This document shows positions 50,613 to 60,491 of a DNA stretch of 64,000 nucleotides, piece after piece. Positions within the stretch are counted from its first letter, which is position 1; each line of letters opens with the position of its first letter. The notes below the pieces were generated by a model that ran no database searches, was not told the origin of the DNA, and saw nothing but the letters and a program-made list of their open reading frames with translations. The position numbers were made by a program, and so were the translations under genes. The stretch covers positions 64,001 to 128,000 of IMG/VR virus record IMGVR_UViG_3300045988_172778; one strand, written 5' to 3'. The DNA is from a virus.

Positions 50613-50875
50613 TGACAAAAGATAGTTTTATTGCATCAATTAAACATTTTGAATCTTTACAAAAACGTTATCAAACCACTAATAACAAGAAGATGTGTGA
50701 TATAATCTCCAATGCGTTGCAAAGCATGAATTTATATTTTAGAATTAAAGATGTGATAGAAGAGTTTTATCCTACGAGCGCAGTTCAGCTAGAATTTTGG
50801 CTGGACAAAAATGGATGTTTATCGACTAAATATATTCAGGGAGGAGTACAACCGAATGATAAAGATTACGAATAA
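50612..50875 (+). CDS. hypothetical protein
   Basis: TAATG overlap; ATG at 50612. Confidence 0.55.
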   Translation: MTKDSFIASIKHFESLQKRYQTTNNKKMCDIISNALQSMNLYFRIKDVIEEFYPTSAVQLEFWLDKNGCLSTKYIQGGVQPNDKDYE

Positions 50876-51164
50876 AGACTTTTACAAAAGATACAAAAAT
50901 TTCAGCGGTTCGTTTTTCGAGTGGTTTCGTGCCTGCGTAAACGAGAAAGACGTTTTCCGTTTTTGGTACAAAGGCGACCCCGAAGACGCCAACGGCGATT
51001 ACGTCCAAATTTCGAGCGTTATCGATATCGGAGGAGACTTCCTGCTCGGATTGAAATTCGTCGATTGGAATGGCGAAGAAGAAGGAAAAGAAATGGTCGA
51101 GTTTGTAAGGTTGAGCGAAGTAAGAACAATCGAGATTTTCGCGAATGAGGAGAACGAGGAATGA
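50856..51164 (+). CDS. hypothetical protein
   Basis: GGGAGGAG SD before ATG 50856. Confidence 0.6.
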   Translation: MIKITNKDFYKRYKNFSGSFFEWFRACVNEKDVFRFWYKGDPEDANGDYVQISSVIDIGGDFLLGLKFVDWNGEEEGKEMVEFVRLSEVRTIEIFANEENEE

Positions 51165-51412
51165 GATTAGGCACGATTCCCGAATTAAGTCGCGAACAAC
51201 TCGAAAAGAAATTCCCGCGAAAAGGTTATTACATCACTTTTTACCCCGTGGAAGACGGTTTCCCTGACCCGATAAACGCGCCGCAGATTTTCGTAAAACT
51301 TACCGAATCGAAAGCAAAGGAGTTGGCAGAACTTTTCGAAAGGACGAACGAGAAGAACGACGGGCTGAAAATTACAATAGAAATTTTTAAAATGAGCGAC
51401 GAAAACGCTTGA
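51161..51412 (+). CDS. hypothetical protein
   Basis: ATGA overlap with the upstream stop; GAGGAG SD. Confidence 0.6.
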   Translation: MRLGTIPELSREQLEKKFPRKGYYITFYPVEDGFPDPINAPQIFVKLTESKAKELAELFERTNEKNDGLKITIEIFKMSDENA

Positions 51413-51437
51413 CATTCGTCTTCGATTATGTTATAAT
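51409..51437 (+). promoter_or_regulatory. promoter cassette 8 (the -35 box overlaps the upstream stop codon)
   Basis: TTGACA, 17 nt, TGtTATAAT. Confidence 0.7.
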
Positions 51438-51480
51438 AAACACGTAAAGTGTTAGCAATATTTCACAGGGAGGTAGAAGA

Positions 51481-51660
51481 ATGTGGGTGACAGACATATT
51501 GCATATATTAGAAACATACACTGAATCGTTGAAGAGTTATTTACGTGAGGCGGGATACGAAAAGTGGTTACAGGAAGGGACTTGCCAATTAAAAAATATC
51601 GAGGAAGCAATCGATATGATAGCAGAAGATTATTTTAAGGATGAATTGAATCGTGATTAA
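51481..51660 (+). CDS. small hypothetical protein (59 aa)
   Basis: GGGAGG SD; first ORF after the promoter; too short to appear in the ORF track. Confidence 0.5.
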   Translation: MWVTDILHILETYTESLKSYLREAGYEKWLQEGTCQLKNIEEAIDMIAEDYFKDELNRD

Positions 51661-52315
51661 ATTTCAAAAACCGTTATCGGGAATCGATTACATAATCAGC
51701 TTCGACCTCGCGCTTTATAAGACAGGTGTCTCGATTTACGACATTTCTCAAAAATCAATCGTTCGAACCGACAAAATCGAAGTCTCGCACACCGATGAAA
51801 CACCCGTCGCGACGCTTTATACGAAACTCAAAGAATACCTGACGTCGGCAGTCGAGAAATACGGCAATTTGCTGATGATTGTCAAAGAAGCGATGCCCGC
51901 GCAGGCAGGTCGATTTACGACAATCGCGACGCTCCAAACGCTCGCGAAGGCGCACGCGGCTCTCGACATCGCGGTTGCAAAGGTGGATGGAGTTGATTTT
52001 TACGACGAAGTGGGCGTTCACGCGGTCTCGGTAAAAGCACTTTTCAAAACCGATGAAACGTCGAAACCGACAAAGACCGACATCAAAAAAGCAGTTTGCG
52101 CCCATTATGGGCTGAAAATGGGCGATTTGACGGATGATGAAAGCGATTCGGTCGCGGTAATTTACACGCTCATAAAGAAGAAGTGGAACGCGGATTTGAA
52201 GGACGAGATAAAGCGCATTAAAAAAGAGATGAAAGGCTTAAAACAGGAACGAGCAATCGTCGCTCACGAGAAGAGAATTGAAGAATTACAGGCGATGGTT
52301 TTGGAGGTAGAATAA
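51653..52315 (+). CDS. RuvC-like Holliday junction resolvase
   Basis: IISFDLALYKTG (Asp); VKEAMPAQ (Glu); DDESDSVAVIY (Asp); GTG start. Confidence 0.6.
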   Translation: MIKFQKPLSGIDYIISFDLALYKTGVSIYDISQKSIVRTDKIEVSHTDETPVATLYTKLKEYLTSAVEKYGNLLMIVKEAMPAQAGRFTTIATLQTLAKAHAALDIAVAKVDGVDFYDEVGVHAVSVKALFKTDETSKPTKTDIKKAVCAHYGLKMGDLTDDESDSVAVIYTLIKKKWNADLKDEIKRIKKEMKGLKQERAIVAHEKRIEELQAMVLEVE

Positions 52316-52920
52316 TGGCAAACGATTGGACAGGAAACTCAAACTCAATTTATAAAACTCTCGGGACAAGTAATCACACAGACAAAGAACGCGAAGAGAA
52401 CGATTTTTACGCAACTGAACCAATTGCGATAGACAAACTTTATGCGACTGGTGAATTGACTTGCAAAGATATTTGGGAGTGTGCTTGCGGGCAAGGGGAC
52501 TTGTCTAAAAGACTCGAAGATTTTGGATACAATGTAACTTCAACGGATTTAATCGATCGAGGATATGGCAAAGGTGGCGTTGATTTCTTTAAATGTAATG
52601 AAGTATTTAATGGCGATATTTTAACCAATCCGCCTTATAAGTATGCGAAAGAGTTTGCTTTAAAAGGATTGGAATTAGTTCCCAAAGGGCATAAAGTATT
52701 CATGTTCCTCAAACTCACATTCCTCGAAGGTAAAACTCGTTACAACGAACTCTTTTCTAAATATCCGCCGAAAAAGATTTATGTCTTTTCTCAACGCGTT
52801 TTATGCGCAAAGAATGGCGAGTTCGAAAGAATGAAAGCTGGCGGTGGTTCGGCGGTCGCTTATGCTTGGTACGTCTGGGAAAAGGGTTTTACGGGTGATA
52901 CGGTCGTAAAATGGATATAA
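52315..52920 (+). CDS. N6-adenine DNA methyltransferase (small, NPPY type)
   Basis: ECACGQG (motif I) and TNPPY (motif IV). Confidence 0.65.
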   Translation: MANDWTGNSNSIYKTLGTSNHTDKEREENDFYATEPIAIDKLYATGELTCKDIWECACGQGDLSKRLEDFGYNVTSTDLIDRGYGKGGVDFFKCNEVFNGDILTNPPYKYAKEFALKGLELVPKGHKVFMFLKLTFLEGKTRYNELFSKYPPKKIYVFSQRVLCAKNGEFERMKAGGGSAVAYAWYVWEKGFTGDTVVKWI

Positions 52921-52963
52921 TAAAATACTAATTTTATCACACAACAAAAAATAAAAATTTTCA

Positions 52964-53000
52964 AAAACTTCGTTCAAACACTTGACAGGGCGAAGTTTTT
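52964..53000 (+). terminator. hairpin with the next -35 box in its loop
   Basis: Stem aaaacttcg/cgaagtttt followed by T. Confidence 0.55.
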
Positions 53001-53010
53001 GTGTTATAAT
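52982..53010 (+). promoter_or_regulatory. promoter cassette 9
   Basis: TTGACA, 17 nt, TGtTATAAT; leader CCACAATCGGAGGTA. Confidence 0.7.
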
Positions 53011-53033
53011 GGAGCCACAATCGGAGGTAAATT

Positions 53034-53234
53034 ATGAAAAGACTTAACGCAAAAGGTATGGAAAAACTCAACGAAATCTCAACTAAATATCGTTTTAAAT
53101 CGGCATTTGAGATAGAACAAGAGGAATCTTATGATTTTTGTAACGACATTTTAAAAGCGGCTTATCTCGGGCTTAATCTCGACCCTGAAGATTTAGACTG
53201 GATTACCGAAGTTAGAGACGCGATGTGTGAATAA
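53034..53234 (+). CDS. hypothetical protein
   Basis: GGAGG SD. Confidence 0.6.
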   Translation: MKRLNAKGMEKLNEISTKYRFKSAFEIEQEESYDFCNDILKAAYLGLNLDPEDLDWITEVRDAMCE

Positions 53235-53245
53235 AGAGGTAGATT

Positions 53246-53653
53246 ATGAGAACAAAGAATAAAGACATCGCAATGATCTGTAAAGGATTTTATGTGGTTA
53301 CTAATGAATATCGTAATCCTATTTCAGCATTAAAAGATTATATCAAAGAATATACAGGGAACGCAGAATTATCGTCGGAGAGTCTTCTGCATCATTTGAC
53401 GAAAGCTGTTTTGGAATTTATACCAAAAGAAGAATTGCTAAGAGCGACATTTACACAATCTTCTCAAATTGGAAACACAGAGATAAAACCACGGTGTTTT
53501 TTAGAACATCTTTATCTTCATTTGTTGGGCGGAATTGCGATAGACGAGATTGGAGTGAACGATTATCTTGAAATTTGGGAATATATTGAAGACAATCGTC
53601 ACAGTAAAAAACCTTGGTGGTCTATTGACAAATTTAAGGAGAATATTAAATGA
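53246..53653 (+). CDS. hypothetical protein
   Basis: AGAGG SD. Confidence 0.6.
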   Translation: MRTKNKDIAMICKGFYVVTNEYRNPISALKDYIKEYTGNAELSSESLLHHLTKAVLEFIPKEELLRATFTQSSQIGNTEIKPRCFLEHLYLHLLGGIAIDEIGVNDYLEIWEYIEDNRHSKKPWWSIDKFKENIK

Positions 53654-54090
53654 GACTGTGGCACATTGATTTAATTCCGTATCTTCCAAAATCGCAGTTA
53701 CTCGCGCAATGGCGCGAGCTCAACTCGATATACGCAAAACAGGATAGGCACATTTTAATTAATTATATATACGATTACAACCGTCATTACCTCAAAGCGT
53801 ATTCAGACAAGGTAATTGCTGAAATGCGGCGGCGCGAAATAAAGATTCGTGACTTGTCAAAATACGACGCTTATTTTTGGGGAATGCAGAACGGGTTCGC
53901 GGGGAAAGAAATCGTCGGATTAGAATCGGGTTTGCGGTTCAAAGAACACGACGACGAATATTTACGGATTTGTTTTTACAATCTTAAAGAGAAATATATG
54001 CGCGGGCAAAAAGATTTTGATTACCCGACGTGGATAAAATTATATTATTTTTGCAAAAATATTTTAGAAAAGGAGAAAACCAATGGCTGA
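53650..54090 (+). CDS. pyrimidine-dimer DNA glycosylase family (endonuclease V / TIGR02328-like)
   Basis: N-terminus MRLWHIDLIPYLPKSQLLAQWRELNSIY. Confidence 0.65.
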   Translation: MRLWHIDLIPYLPKSQLLAQWRELNSIYAKQDRHILINYIYDYNRHYLKAYSDKVIAEMRRREIKIRDLSKYDAYFWGMQNGFAGKEIVGLESGLRFKEHDDEYLRICFYNLKEKYMRGQKDFDYPTWIKLYYFCKNILEKEKTNG

Positions 54091-54571
54091 ATTTCCAAAG
54101 GTGTTATGCAAGGATTTTAACTGCAACAAACAACTCATAGAAAATTACGACATTTTGCGTTATCGCGAAGGCGACATCAAAAAACTCAAAAAGAAGTGCG
54201 CGACGCGAGCCGAGTTCGCCGAAGAACTTCGCAAAGAATTTATGTGGCGGTTTTGGTCGAAAGCTGAACACGAACTCATCATAAGTAAAACCGAAGACGG
54301 GAGAATTTTACTCACGCCGTGGTGCGGTTGTTATGATGAAGAAAAAGCGACGATCGACGTGACAGACGATTACTCGCAGCTTGATTGGGGCGTGTTCGCC
54401 GATCATCACATAAACAAACAAATTTTCAAAACCGAGGCGAAAATCGACGTTTACGACCAAATTATGTTCGGCGACAGATTTGAAAAGTTAGTCGACACAT
54501 TATGGACAACGCGATTCAAATACGAACGCGACAACCCAAAATTCCACGACCAAGATAAGGAGAACAAATAA
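54083..54571 (+). CDS. hypothetical protein
   Basis: AAGGAG SD. Confidence 0.6.
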   Translation: MAEFPKVLCKDFNCNKQLIENYDILRYREGDIKKLKKKCATRAEFAEELRKEFMWRFWSKAEHELIISKTEDGRILLTPWCGCYDEEKATIDVTDDYSQLDWGVFADHHINKQIFKTEAKIDVYDQIMFGDRFEKLVDTLWTTRFKYERDNPKFHDQDKENK

Positions 54572-55083
54572 TGAACTGGAATAGACAATCGGTTAGAGAA
54601 TTCAACCGCAAACACAAAACCAATTGCACAAAGGCAGAACTCGAAGCACTTGAATTTGCAATAAAGTTCCGCGCAGGTAACGCGAACGTTCAATCGATGA
54701 GCGACCTCGCGCTTAACCCGTTCATCAACATCGAACTTGAAGAGTCAATTCCCGAAGGAACGGAAGTAAAGCTTAATTATGAGACCATAAAGAGCCGCCC
54801 GACTTATCCGAGGTTGTCGCAGAAATACAAAGATTTCATTGAGGCGAATAAAGACGCGATTTTACACACGACGGACGAGAACGCGAAGAAAGGCTACGTT
54901 TGTCTCGCCGAAGACCCCGATAAATTGTGGTTATGGACGCCGCTTTTCGACCTTTTGTATCGGAACGAAGCGGGCGAGTTTGTGGAATACGGCGACTCGA
55001 TTTTAGCGCCGAAAGAAGAAGAAAAAGATGGAGAGGAAGAAAATGTACCAAACAAAACTGACGAAGGAACAGTTATCGTATAA
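54571..55083 (+). CDS. hypothetical protein
   Basis: AAGGAG SD; TAATG overlap. Confidence 0.6.
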   Translation: MNWNRQSVREFNRKHKTNCTKAELEALEFAIKFRAGNANVQSMSDLALNPFINIELEESIPEGTEVKLNYETIKSRPTYPRLSQKYKDFIEANKDAILHTTDENAKKGYVCLAEDPDKLWLWTPLFDLLYRNEAGEFVEYGDSILAPKEEEKDGEEENVPNKTDEGTVIV

Positions 55084-55201
55084 CATTGCGTATCATCTTG
55101 AAAAGGAAACCGACAAACCGACGCATGAAGTTATTATCGAAACGTTGGCGGCATACGAAGAAAAACCAAAAAAAGCATCAAAAACGCTTGACAACGATTA
55201 A
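55043..55201 (+). CDS. small hypothetical protein (52 aa)
   Basis: GAGAGGAAG SD; too short to appear in the ORF track. Its 3' end contains promoter cassette 10. Confidence 0.4.
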   Translation: MYQTKLTKEQLSYNIAYHLEKETDKPTHEVIIETLAAYEEKPKKASKTLDND

Positions 55202-55216
55202 AAAGCGTGCTATAAT
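55188..55216 (+). promoter_or_regulatory. promoter cassette 10
   Basis: TTGACA, 17 nt, TGcTATAAT. Confidence 0.7.
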
Positions 55217-55248
55217 GAAAAAAAAAGTGATTAAAAGGAGCAAATTAA

Positions 55249-56466
55249 ATGGCGGTTTATTTTGACGCGGTGGGAACAATTCATCCCATCAAGGAGACAG
55301 AAAAGTTTAAGGCGGTTGAATACCTCCGATTCGATTCGGGCTGGGCGAAGAAAGTTCTTCGTTTCAACTTCCGCACCAACACGGGCTCGGTAACGAATAT
55401 GGAAATTTCCGCACTTTACAGAGCGAGTGAAGACGGAACACCCGCAGACGACAACAAAACTTACGATAGAAAGGAAGGCTGGATTGAGTACCCCGAAAGA
55501 AAAAAGCATTCGGGAAAAGGCAGATTCATGACGAGTTTTCTCGATAAATCGCCTTATAAGGTCGCAAATGTTCTTAAAGCGTATGACGAGGGAAATCTTT
55601 CGACTTATGATGCGGACAAATACGGCATTCATTCCGATAAAGATTACGAAGAATTAAGTAAAAAATATAACAGTTGCGTAAAATACTTCCTTTTCGACAT
55701 TGATTTTATCAATTACTTCGAAAGAATTTTGGAGAATTATGACAAGTTCCTGAAAGGCAGACTTATGAGGGTAAGCGGCGAATGGACATTTGAATATTCG
55801 ACGCAGAAAGACGCAATTTACAAGAAATTTGTGCCCAGCCGCATTGAATATTGCCACGATGAAGACCCCGTTCAGGTCATCGCGCTTAAAGTCCCGTTTA
55901 TTTTCAAGGGCAAAAACCCGATTGCGGTCGGAAAAGGCGATAAAAAGGTGCTCAAAGGTTACACGAATTACTTCGCGAGAGAATTTAAGACCGAAGAATT
56001 CAAAGGCAAATATCTCGCCCCCATTGAAATCGTTATTCCCGAAAATCTCGAACAGTCGATTTCTAACAGGTTCGATAAAGAAGACCCGACCGTAACATCG
56101 GATTACAAGTTATGGAATTTGAATTGTGCTTATATCAACGGCGCAGAAAAGAAAGACATCGAAGAAGACGATTTGTCCCCCGACGAGAAGTTCGATATCG
56201 AGTGTGGTTTCAGAACGCTCGAAGAAATTAGAGCCGAACACGCGAAAGCCGATAAAGGCGCGGACGAAAAAGGCAAATATGACTCGACCAAAGTTTACGG
56301 TGACAGAATTACCGAAATCAGACTTATAAAGTGCGGCGAAAAAGGTAATCCCGAAAACGCCGAATATGACGATAGACAGACCGAAAGTCCGTCGCACGAC
56401 ATACCCGAAGAAGTAAAACAAGCAGTCGGCGCGGAAGGCGATGACGACGATATTTTTGAGATTTAA
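55249..56466 (+). CDS. putative ssDNA-binding protein (assigned from position and acidic tail)
   Basis: Directly upstream of ERF; C-terminal GDDDDIFEI tail; no OB motif recognised by eye. Confidence 0.35.
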   Translation: MAVYFDAVGTIHPIKETEKFKAVEYLRFDSGWAKKVLRFNFRTNTGSVTNMEISALYRASEDGTPADDNKTYDRKEGWIEYPERKKHSGKGRFMTSFLDKSPYKVANVLKAYDEGNLSTYDADKYGIHSDKDYEELSKKYNSCVKYFLFDIDFINYFERILENYDKFLKGRLMRVSGEWTFEYSTQKDAIYKKFVPSRIEYCHDEDPVQVIALKVPFIFKGKNPIAVGKGDKKVLKGYTNYFAREFKTEEFKGKYLAPIEIVIPENLEQSISNRFDKEDPTVTSDYKLWNLNCAYINGAEKKDIEEDDLSPDEKFDIECGFRTLEEIRAEHAKADKGADEKGKYDSTKVYGDRITEIRLIKCGEKGNPENAEYDDRQTESPSHDIPEEVKQAVGAEGDDDDIFEI

Positions 56467-56479
56467 TCGGAGGTAAGAT

Positions 56480-57175
56480 ATGAATATTTTTGAGAAAATT
56501 CAGGCGGTAAGAGTTGAACTCCGCCACACAAAGCTTAAAATGAGCGGCAAGAACAAGTTCGCGAATTACGAATACATGGAACTCGACGATTTCCTTCCCA
56601 CGCTCAACGAACTTATGAACAAGTATAAGATGACGGCGATCGCGTCGTTCACGAGAGAGAAAGCGATTCTCACGGCAATTGACTGCGAAAAGCCCGAAGA
56701 CAGATATACAATCGAATCTCCGTTCGGAACAGCCGACCTTAAAGGCTGTCACGAAGTTCAGTGCATAGGCGCGGTCGAGACTTATCAGCGTCGTTACCTT
56801 TATCAAGCAATGTTCGATATCGCAGAAAGCGACGGCTTGAACAAGTCACAGGGCGACCCGAGTAAGCCTGCTCCGAAGAAGACGGCTGAATTCCCGAATC
56901 ATACGGAAGAAGAACCGCTTCCTGGCGAAGAAAAATCCGCTGCAAAGCCTGCGAAACCCGTTGATGAAAAAGACCCGAACGGCGTGGAAAGAGCGGCAAA
57001 AATAAAGGAAGTTTTCAACGCGAAGAGAAAGGCAAAAGAATTGACGACCGATACGCAAAAAGCGGTTAAGAAGTTGTTGGTTGAAAATAGCGAAGACGGC
57101 GCGGGGATGATAGACGGAAATTACTCGACGAGGGTTTATGACCAACTCGAAGAACTTCTCGGAATCGGTGAATAA
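56480..57175 (+). CDS. erf: ERF-family single-strand annealing protein
   Basis: KNKFANYEYMELDDFLPTLNELM..; GAVETYQRRYLYQAMFDI. Confidence 0.7.
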   Translation: MNIFEKIQAVRVELRHTKLKMSGKNKFANYEYMELDDFLPTLNELMNKYKMTAIASFTREKAILTAIDCEKPEDRYTIESPFGTADLKGCHEVQCIGAVETYQRRYLYQAMFDIAESDGLNKSQGDPSKPAPKKTAEFPNHTEEEPLPGEEKSAAKPAKPVDEKDPNGVERAAKIKEVFNAKRKAKELTTDTQKAVKKLLVENSEDGAGMIDGNYSTRVYDQLEELLGIGE

Positions 57176-57250
57176 GCTAAACTGCCATTTTGGTTTAGAT
57201 ATGGGAAAGCGTGGAAAGTAAAATTTCTGCGCTTTTTCTCGCCCAAACAC

Positions 57251-57279
57251 TTGACAAACAGGTTTTATTGTGATATAAT
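57251..57279 (+). promoter_or_regulatory. promoter cassette 11
   Basis: TTGACA, 17 nt, TGaTATAAT. Confidence 0.7.
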
Positions 57280-57304
57280 AAGTTCATAAAACGGAGGTGG
57301 AATT

Positions 57305-57547
57305 ATGGAACTTAAAGATGCAAAGAAACTTATCAAAAAAGTAGGGGTTAAATCTTGGCTTGAAGCAGGGGTGAATGTCGTTAAAGTTGGCGATAAATTA
57401 CTTAATTCGACTGACACTTTTTCGAGGCTTGATTTTTATACGAGACGCGGCAATGGGGTGAAATTCTGCAAAGAGAAAGAACTCAACATCCCGTGCGGCG
57501 AAATCGAGCTCAATAACGGCGCGTTTTTGCGTTATAACATATTATGA
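57305..57547 (+). CDS. hypothetical protein
   Basis: GGAGGTGG SD. Confidence 0.6.
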   Translation: MELKDAKKLIKKVGVKSWLEAGVNVVKVGDKLLNSTDTFSRLDFYTRRGNGVKFCKEKELNIPCGEIELNNGAFLRYNIL

Positions 57548-57557
57548 GGTATAGACA

Positions 57558-57761
57558 ATGACAAACAAAGAAAAATTTATGAACTCTTTTAAGATGGATA
57601 TTCAAATCCAAAAAGAGAAAAAGGAACTCGCGGAAAAACTTGCCGAAAGAATTAAAAACGAGTTTTACATTCAATTCGACGAGATAATTCCGTCGATTAT
57701 GGCGGATCAAATTGACAAAATTGTGAAAGAAGTTCTCGACGAAGAGTTTTTTGGCAATTAA
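57558..57761 (+). CDS. hypothetical protein
   Basis: GAGGT SD. Confidence 0.55.
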   Translation: MTNKEKFMNSFKMDIQIQKEKKELAEKLAERIKNEFYIQFDEIIPSIMADQIDKIVKEVLDEEFFGN

Positions 57762-57793
57762 AGGTCGTGAATTCGATGCCTTTGGAGGAATAA

Positions 57794-58327
57794 ATGCAAG
57801 TAAAATGTCAAATTTGCGGCAAATCAATCGACCGTTCAACTGCATATAAAGTCGTGGTTGGTGGCACGAACAAATATTTCTGCTCGGAAGAAGAATTTAA
57901 CGCCGATAAAGCCCGCAAAGACCACGCGAAAGAAGTCCTCGAAACGATAACCGAATGTTATCAATATTGCGCTGGGTACGGCGAGCCACCTTATAATATA
58001 ATCAAAAAAGAGCTCGGCGAAAATCTCAAAGCAATCGACACAGAAACAGTTTATCAATTCGTGAAAGAGAACCGCGAAAAGCTTAAAAAGACGGTCGACA
58101 AAAAAATCGAGCGAGACGGACCGTTTTCACGAGTTTATTTTGTATTTCGGTATATAAGCGGAATAATTAAACGGGAAATATTAGAAAAGGATTGGAAGGC
58201 GAAACAAGTCACGCCAACAGTCCAAAAAACGGGGATTGACTTGAATTTTTACAATGTTAAACCAAACACAAATCAACTTAAAAAGAGACGTTCGTTAGAC
58301 GAATTGGAGGACGAAGTAGATGGCTAA
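57794..58327 (+). CDS. zinc-finger protein upstream of the helicase (possible loader or initiator)
   Basis: CQICG..FCSEEEF; functional call rests on position only. Confidence 0.4.
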   Translation: MQVKCQICGKSIDRSTAYKVVVGGTNKYFCSEEEFNADKARKDHAKEVLETITECYQYCAGYGEPPYNIIKKELGENLKAIDTETVYQFVKENREKLKKTVDKKIERDGPFSRVYFVFRYISGIIKREILEKDWKAKQVTPTVQKTGIDLNFYNVKPNTNQLKKRRSLDELEDEVDG

Positions 58328-59891
58328 CAAAGAGGCTTTTATTGCTGGAATATGTGACAAAATAGATGAAAGGCTTCTCGAAGATCGTGTTACGGTCGAA
58401 GGAAACGCCGTCTCAATCTTTTTACAGGATTTGACGAATTACAACGATATCAATTATAAACCCGAAGATTTTCTGACGAAAGACGGGCGATTCCTTTTTT
58501 GCGTAGGAAAGTCGCTTCGTGATTTAGGATATAATTACCTCGATGAAGTAACAATTATGTCGAAGTGTTCGCAGGAAATCAAAGACAGGATTTCCGCACT
58601 TGGCGGGTATAAGACGATTCAACACCTTCTCGATGTCGTGAATGCTGAAAACGCCGACGCAATTCTCGATGATTTGACAAAGAGCAATATCTTGGTTAAA
58701 CTTTATAAAAGCGGGTTCAATCTCTTCGATGAAGTAACGCTCGATAACGGAAAACGCATTTCCCCGTTTAAATTGTTTAAGAATTTCACTTCGACGGAAG
58801 TTCTCGATTGGTACGACGCGAAAATCAGCGGATTGAGCAAGGTAAATAACAACCAAATCATTTACGACGAATACGTCGATTTCGGCGAGAAGTTTATCTC
58901 GGATTTGCAAAATAACGTCGACAGCGGCGTTTCGTTTGCGGATGCGGGTGAAGACATCAACGGTGAAAAAATCAGCGTCGCACCCTTTTTGAGCAGCAAC
59001 ATACTCGGTCTCGCGCCTGGGACGTTAAGCCTTTTCGGCGGATTCAGCGGCGTTGGCAAAACGACTTATATGGTCGGGGTGATTATGGCACTTATTTCGC
59101 AGGGAAAGAAAGTTCTCGTGCTCGAAAACGAGATTATGAAGAACAAGCTTTACCTTATGATTTTCAGTTGGTTTATTTCTCGTTATATGGGTTATCAGAA
59201 ACTCCCGAAGAAAAAGCTTGAATCGGGTGTTTATACCGACGAAGAAAAGAAGGTAATCGTCGAAGCCGAAAAGCAATGGAAAGAGAAATTCGCAGATAAA
59301 TTGCGTGTTGTCGGTTTATCGTCGGCAAACTCGAAATTGAGTTCGCAAATTATCAAAAACTCGGTTCTCCGTTCAGGGTTTGACGTTTTTATCGTCGATA
59401 CGTTTAAACTCGATGATAACGCAGACATAAACGGCGCGTTATGGCAAGTTATGAAGAACAACATCAGCGAACTCGAAGGACTGACAAAGAAACACAAAGT
59501 TATCGGGATTGCGACCGTTCAGCTGACAAACAACGATTTAAAACGGCTGTGGCTTGATTCGAGCTGTCTCGGAACGTCGAAAGGTATAAAAGAGGTGTGT
59601 TCTAACCTGATTTTGCTCAGAAAGCTTGGAGGAGATTTGGAGTTAATTAACGGCTCGGATATTTATTGCCGCCCGTTCCGTTCGAAGAAAAACGAGCAAG
59701 GTGACTGGATAGAAGAACCATACGATGCCGACCCGAGCAAGGTTTGGAGAGTGCTTTTCATAGATAAGTCGCGTTCGGGACCTGATAGCGGCGATACGGG
59801 CGTAGCGTATTTGTTGAGATACGATGGCGATCATTGCTCGTTTTACGAAACGGCGAAGTGCCGCCCCGTTCGAAAAATCATAAATGGATAA
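58320..59891 (+). CDS. dnaB: DnaB-like replicative DNA helicase
   Basis: Walker A GFSGVGKTT; Walker B FDVFIVDTF; size and N-terminal domain typical of DnaB. Confidence 0.75.
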   Translation: MANKEAFIAGICDKIDERLLEDRVTVEGNAVSIFLQDLTNYNDINYKPEDFLTKDGRFLFCVGKSLRDLGYNYLDEVTIMSKCSQEIKDRISALGGYKTIQHLLDVVNAENADAILDDLTKSNILVKLYKSGFNLFDEVTLDNGKRISPFKLFKNFTSTEVLDWYDAKISGLSKVNNNQIIYDEYVDFGEKFISDLQNNVDSGVSFADAGEDINGEKISVAPFLSSNILGLAPGTLSLFGGFSGVGKTTYMVGVIMALISQGKKVLVLENEIMKNKLYLMIFSWFISRYMGYQKLPKKKLESGVYTDEEKKVIVEAEKQWKEKFADKLRVVGLSSANSKLSSQIIKNSVLRSGFDVFIVDTFKLDDNADINGALWQVMKNNISELEGLTKKHKVIGIATVQLTNNDLKRLWLDSSCLGTSKGIKEVCSNLILLRKLGGDLELINGSDIYCRPFRSKKNEQGDWIEEPYDADPSKVWRVLFIDKSRSGPDSGDTGVAYLLRYDGDHCSFYETAKCRPVRKIING

Positions 59892-59915
59892 CCTTAAATG
59901 GCATAGGAGATTTGT

Positions 59916-60077
59916 ATGAGTGAATTGGAAGAAATGCTTAAAAAATTATATGGTTTACCGCCTTATGATAATTGGTCGAATATTTGTTACGGCGATGGAT
60001 ATTTTGCTAAATCTATTGAAGACAAATTTTCCAAAGAAGAAATCAAGCAAGCAAAAAAGAAATTAAAAATTTTTTAA
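59916..60077 (+). CDS. small hypothetical protein (53 aa)
   Basis: AGGAGA SD; too short to appear in the ORF track. Confidence 0.45.
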   Translation: MSELEEMLKKLYGLPPYDNWSNICYGDGYFAKSIEDKFSKEEIKQAKKKLKIF

Positions 60078-60095
60078 AAAACCTCGTAAAAACGC

Positions 60096-60124
60096 TTGAC
60101 AAATAAAATTAGATATGTTATAAT
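60096..60124 (+). promoter_or_regulatory. promoter cassette 12 (drives two small ORFs and the RNA locus)
   Basis: TTGACA, 17 nt, TGtTATAAT. Confidence 0.7.
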
Positions 60125-60149
60125 AAGCGTGTAAGTTGGAGGTAAGGTT

Positions 60150-60284
60150 ATGGCAAGTTTGTTTATCGCAGATTTCTTTTTGACGGCAGGCGTCATTCTC
60201 GGAATTAAAATTCATATGAAGAGAACAGGCGAAAGTTTTCAAGAGGTTTGCTCTAAAATAAAAGACGCGATTACGCGTAAATAA
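60150..60284 (+). CDS. small membrane protein (44 aa)
   Basis: GGAGG SD; hydrophobic segment LFIADFFLTAGVILGI. Confidence 0.5.
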   Translation: MASLFIADFFLTAGVILGIKIHMKRTGESFQEVCSKIKDAITRK

Positions 60285-60293
60285 GGAGAAAAT

Positions 60294-60491
60294 ATGTTGC
60301 CCGAAAGTATTAGGGAAAAAGTTGTCGAAGAACAAAATGAGCTCCGCGATAAAATCACAAAACTTGCTTTGTTCATTTATTCCGCGAAGATTGAAACTGT
60401 TGATAAAAAACAGGCGGGGTTGCTTAAAGCCCAGCTTCATGTAATGGAAGAATATGACGAGATTCTGACTGAAAGGTTAGAACTCGACTAA
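60294..60491 (+). CDS. hypothetical protein (65 aa)
   Basis: AAGGAG SD. Confidence 0.6.
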   Translation: MLPESIREKVVEEQNELRDKITKLALFIYSAKIETVDKKQAGLLKAQLHVMEEYDEILTERLELD

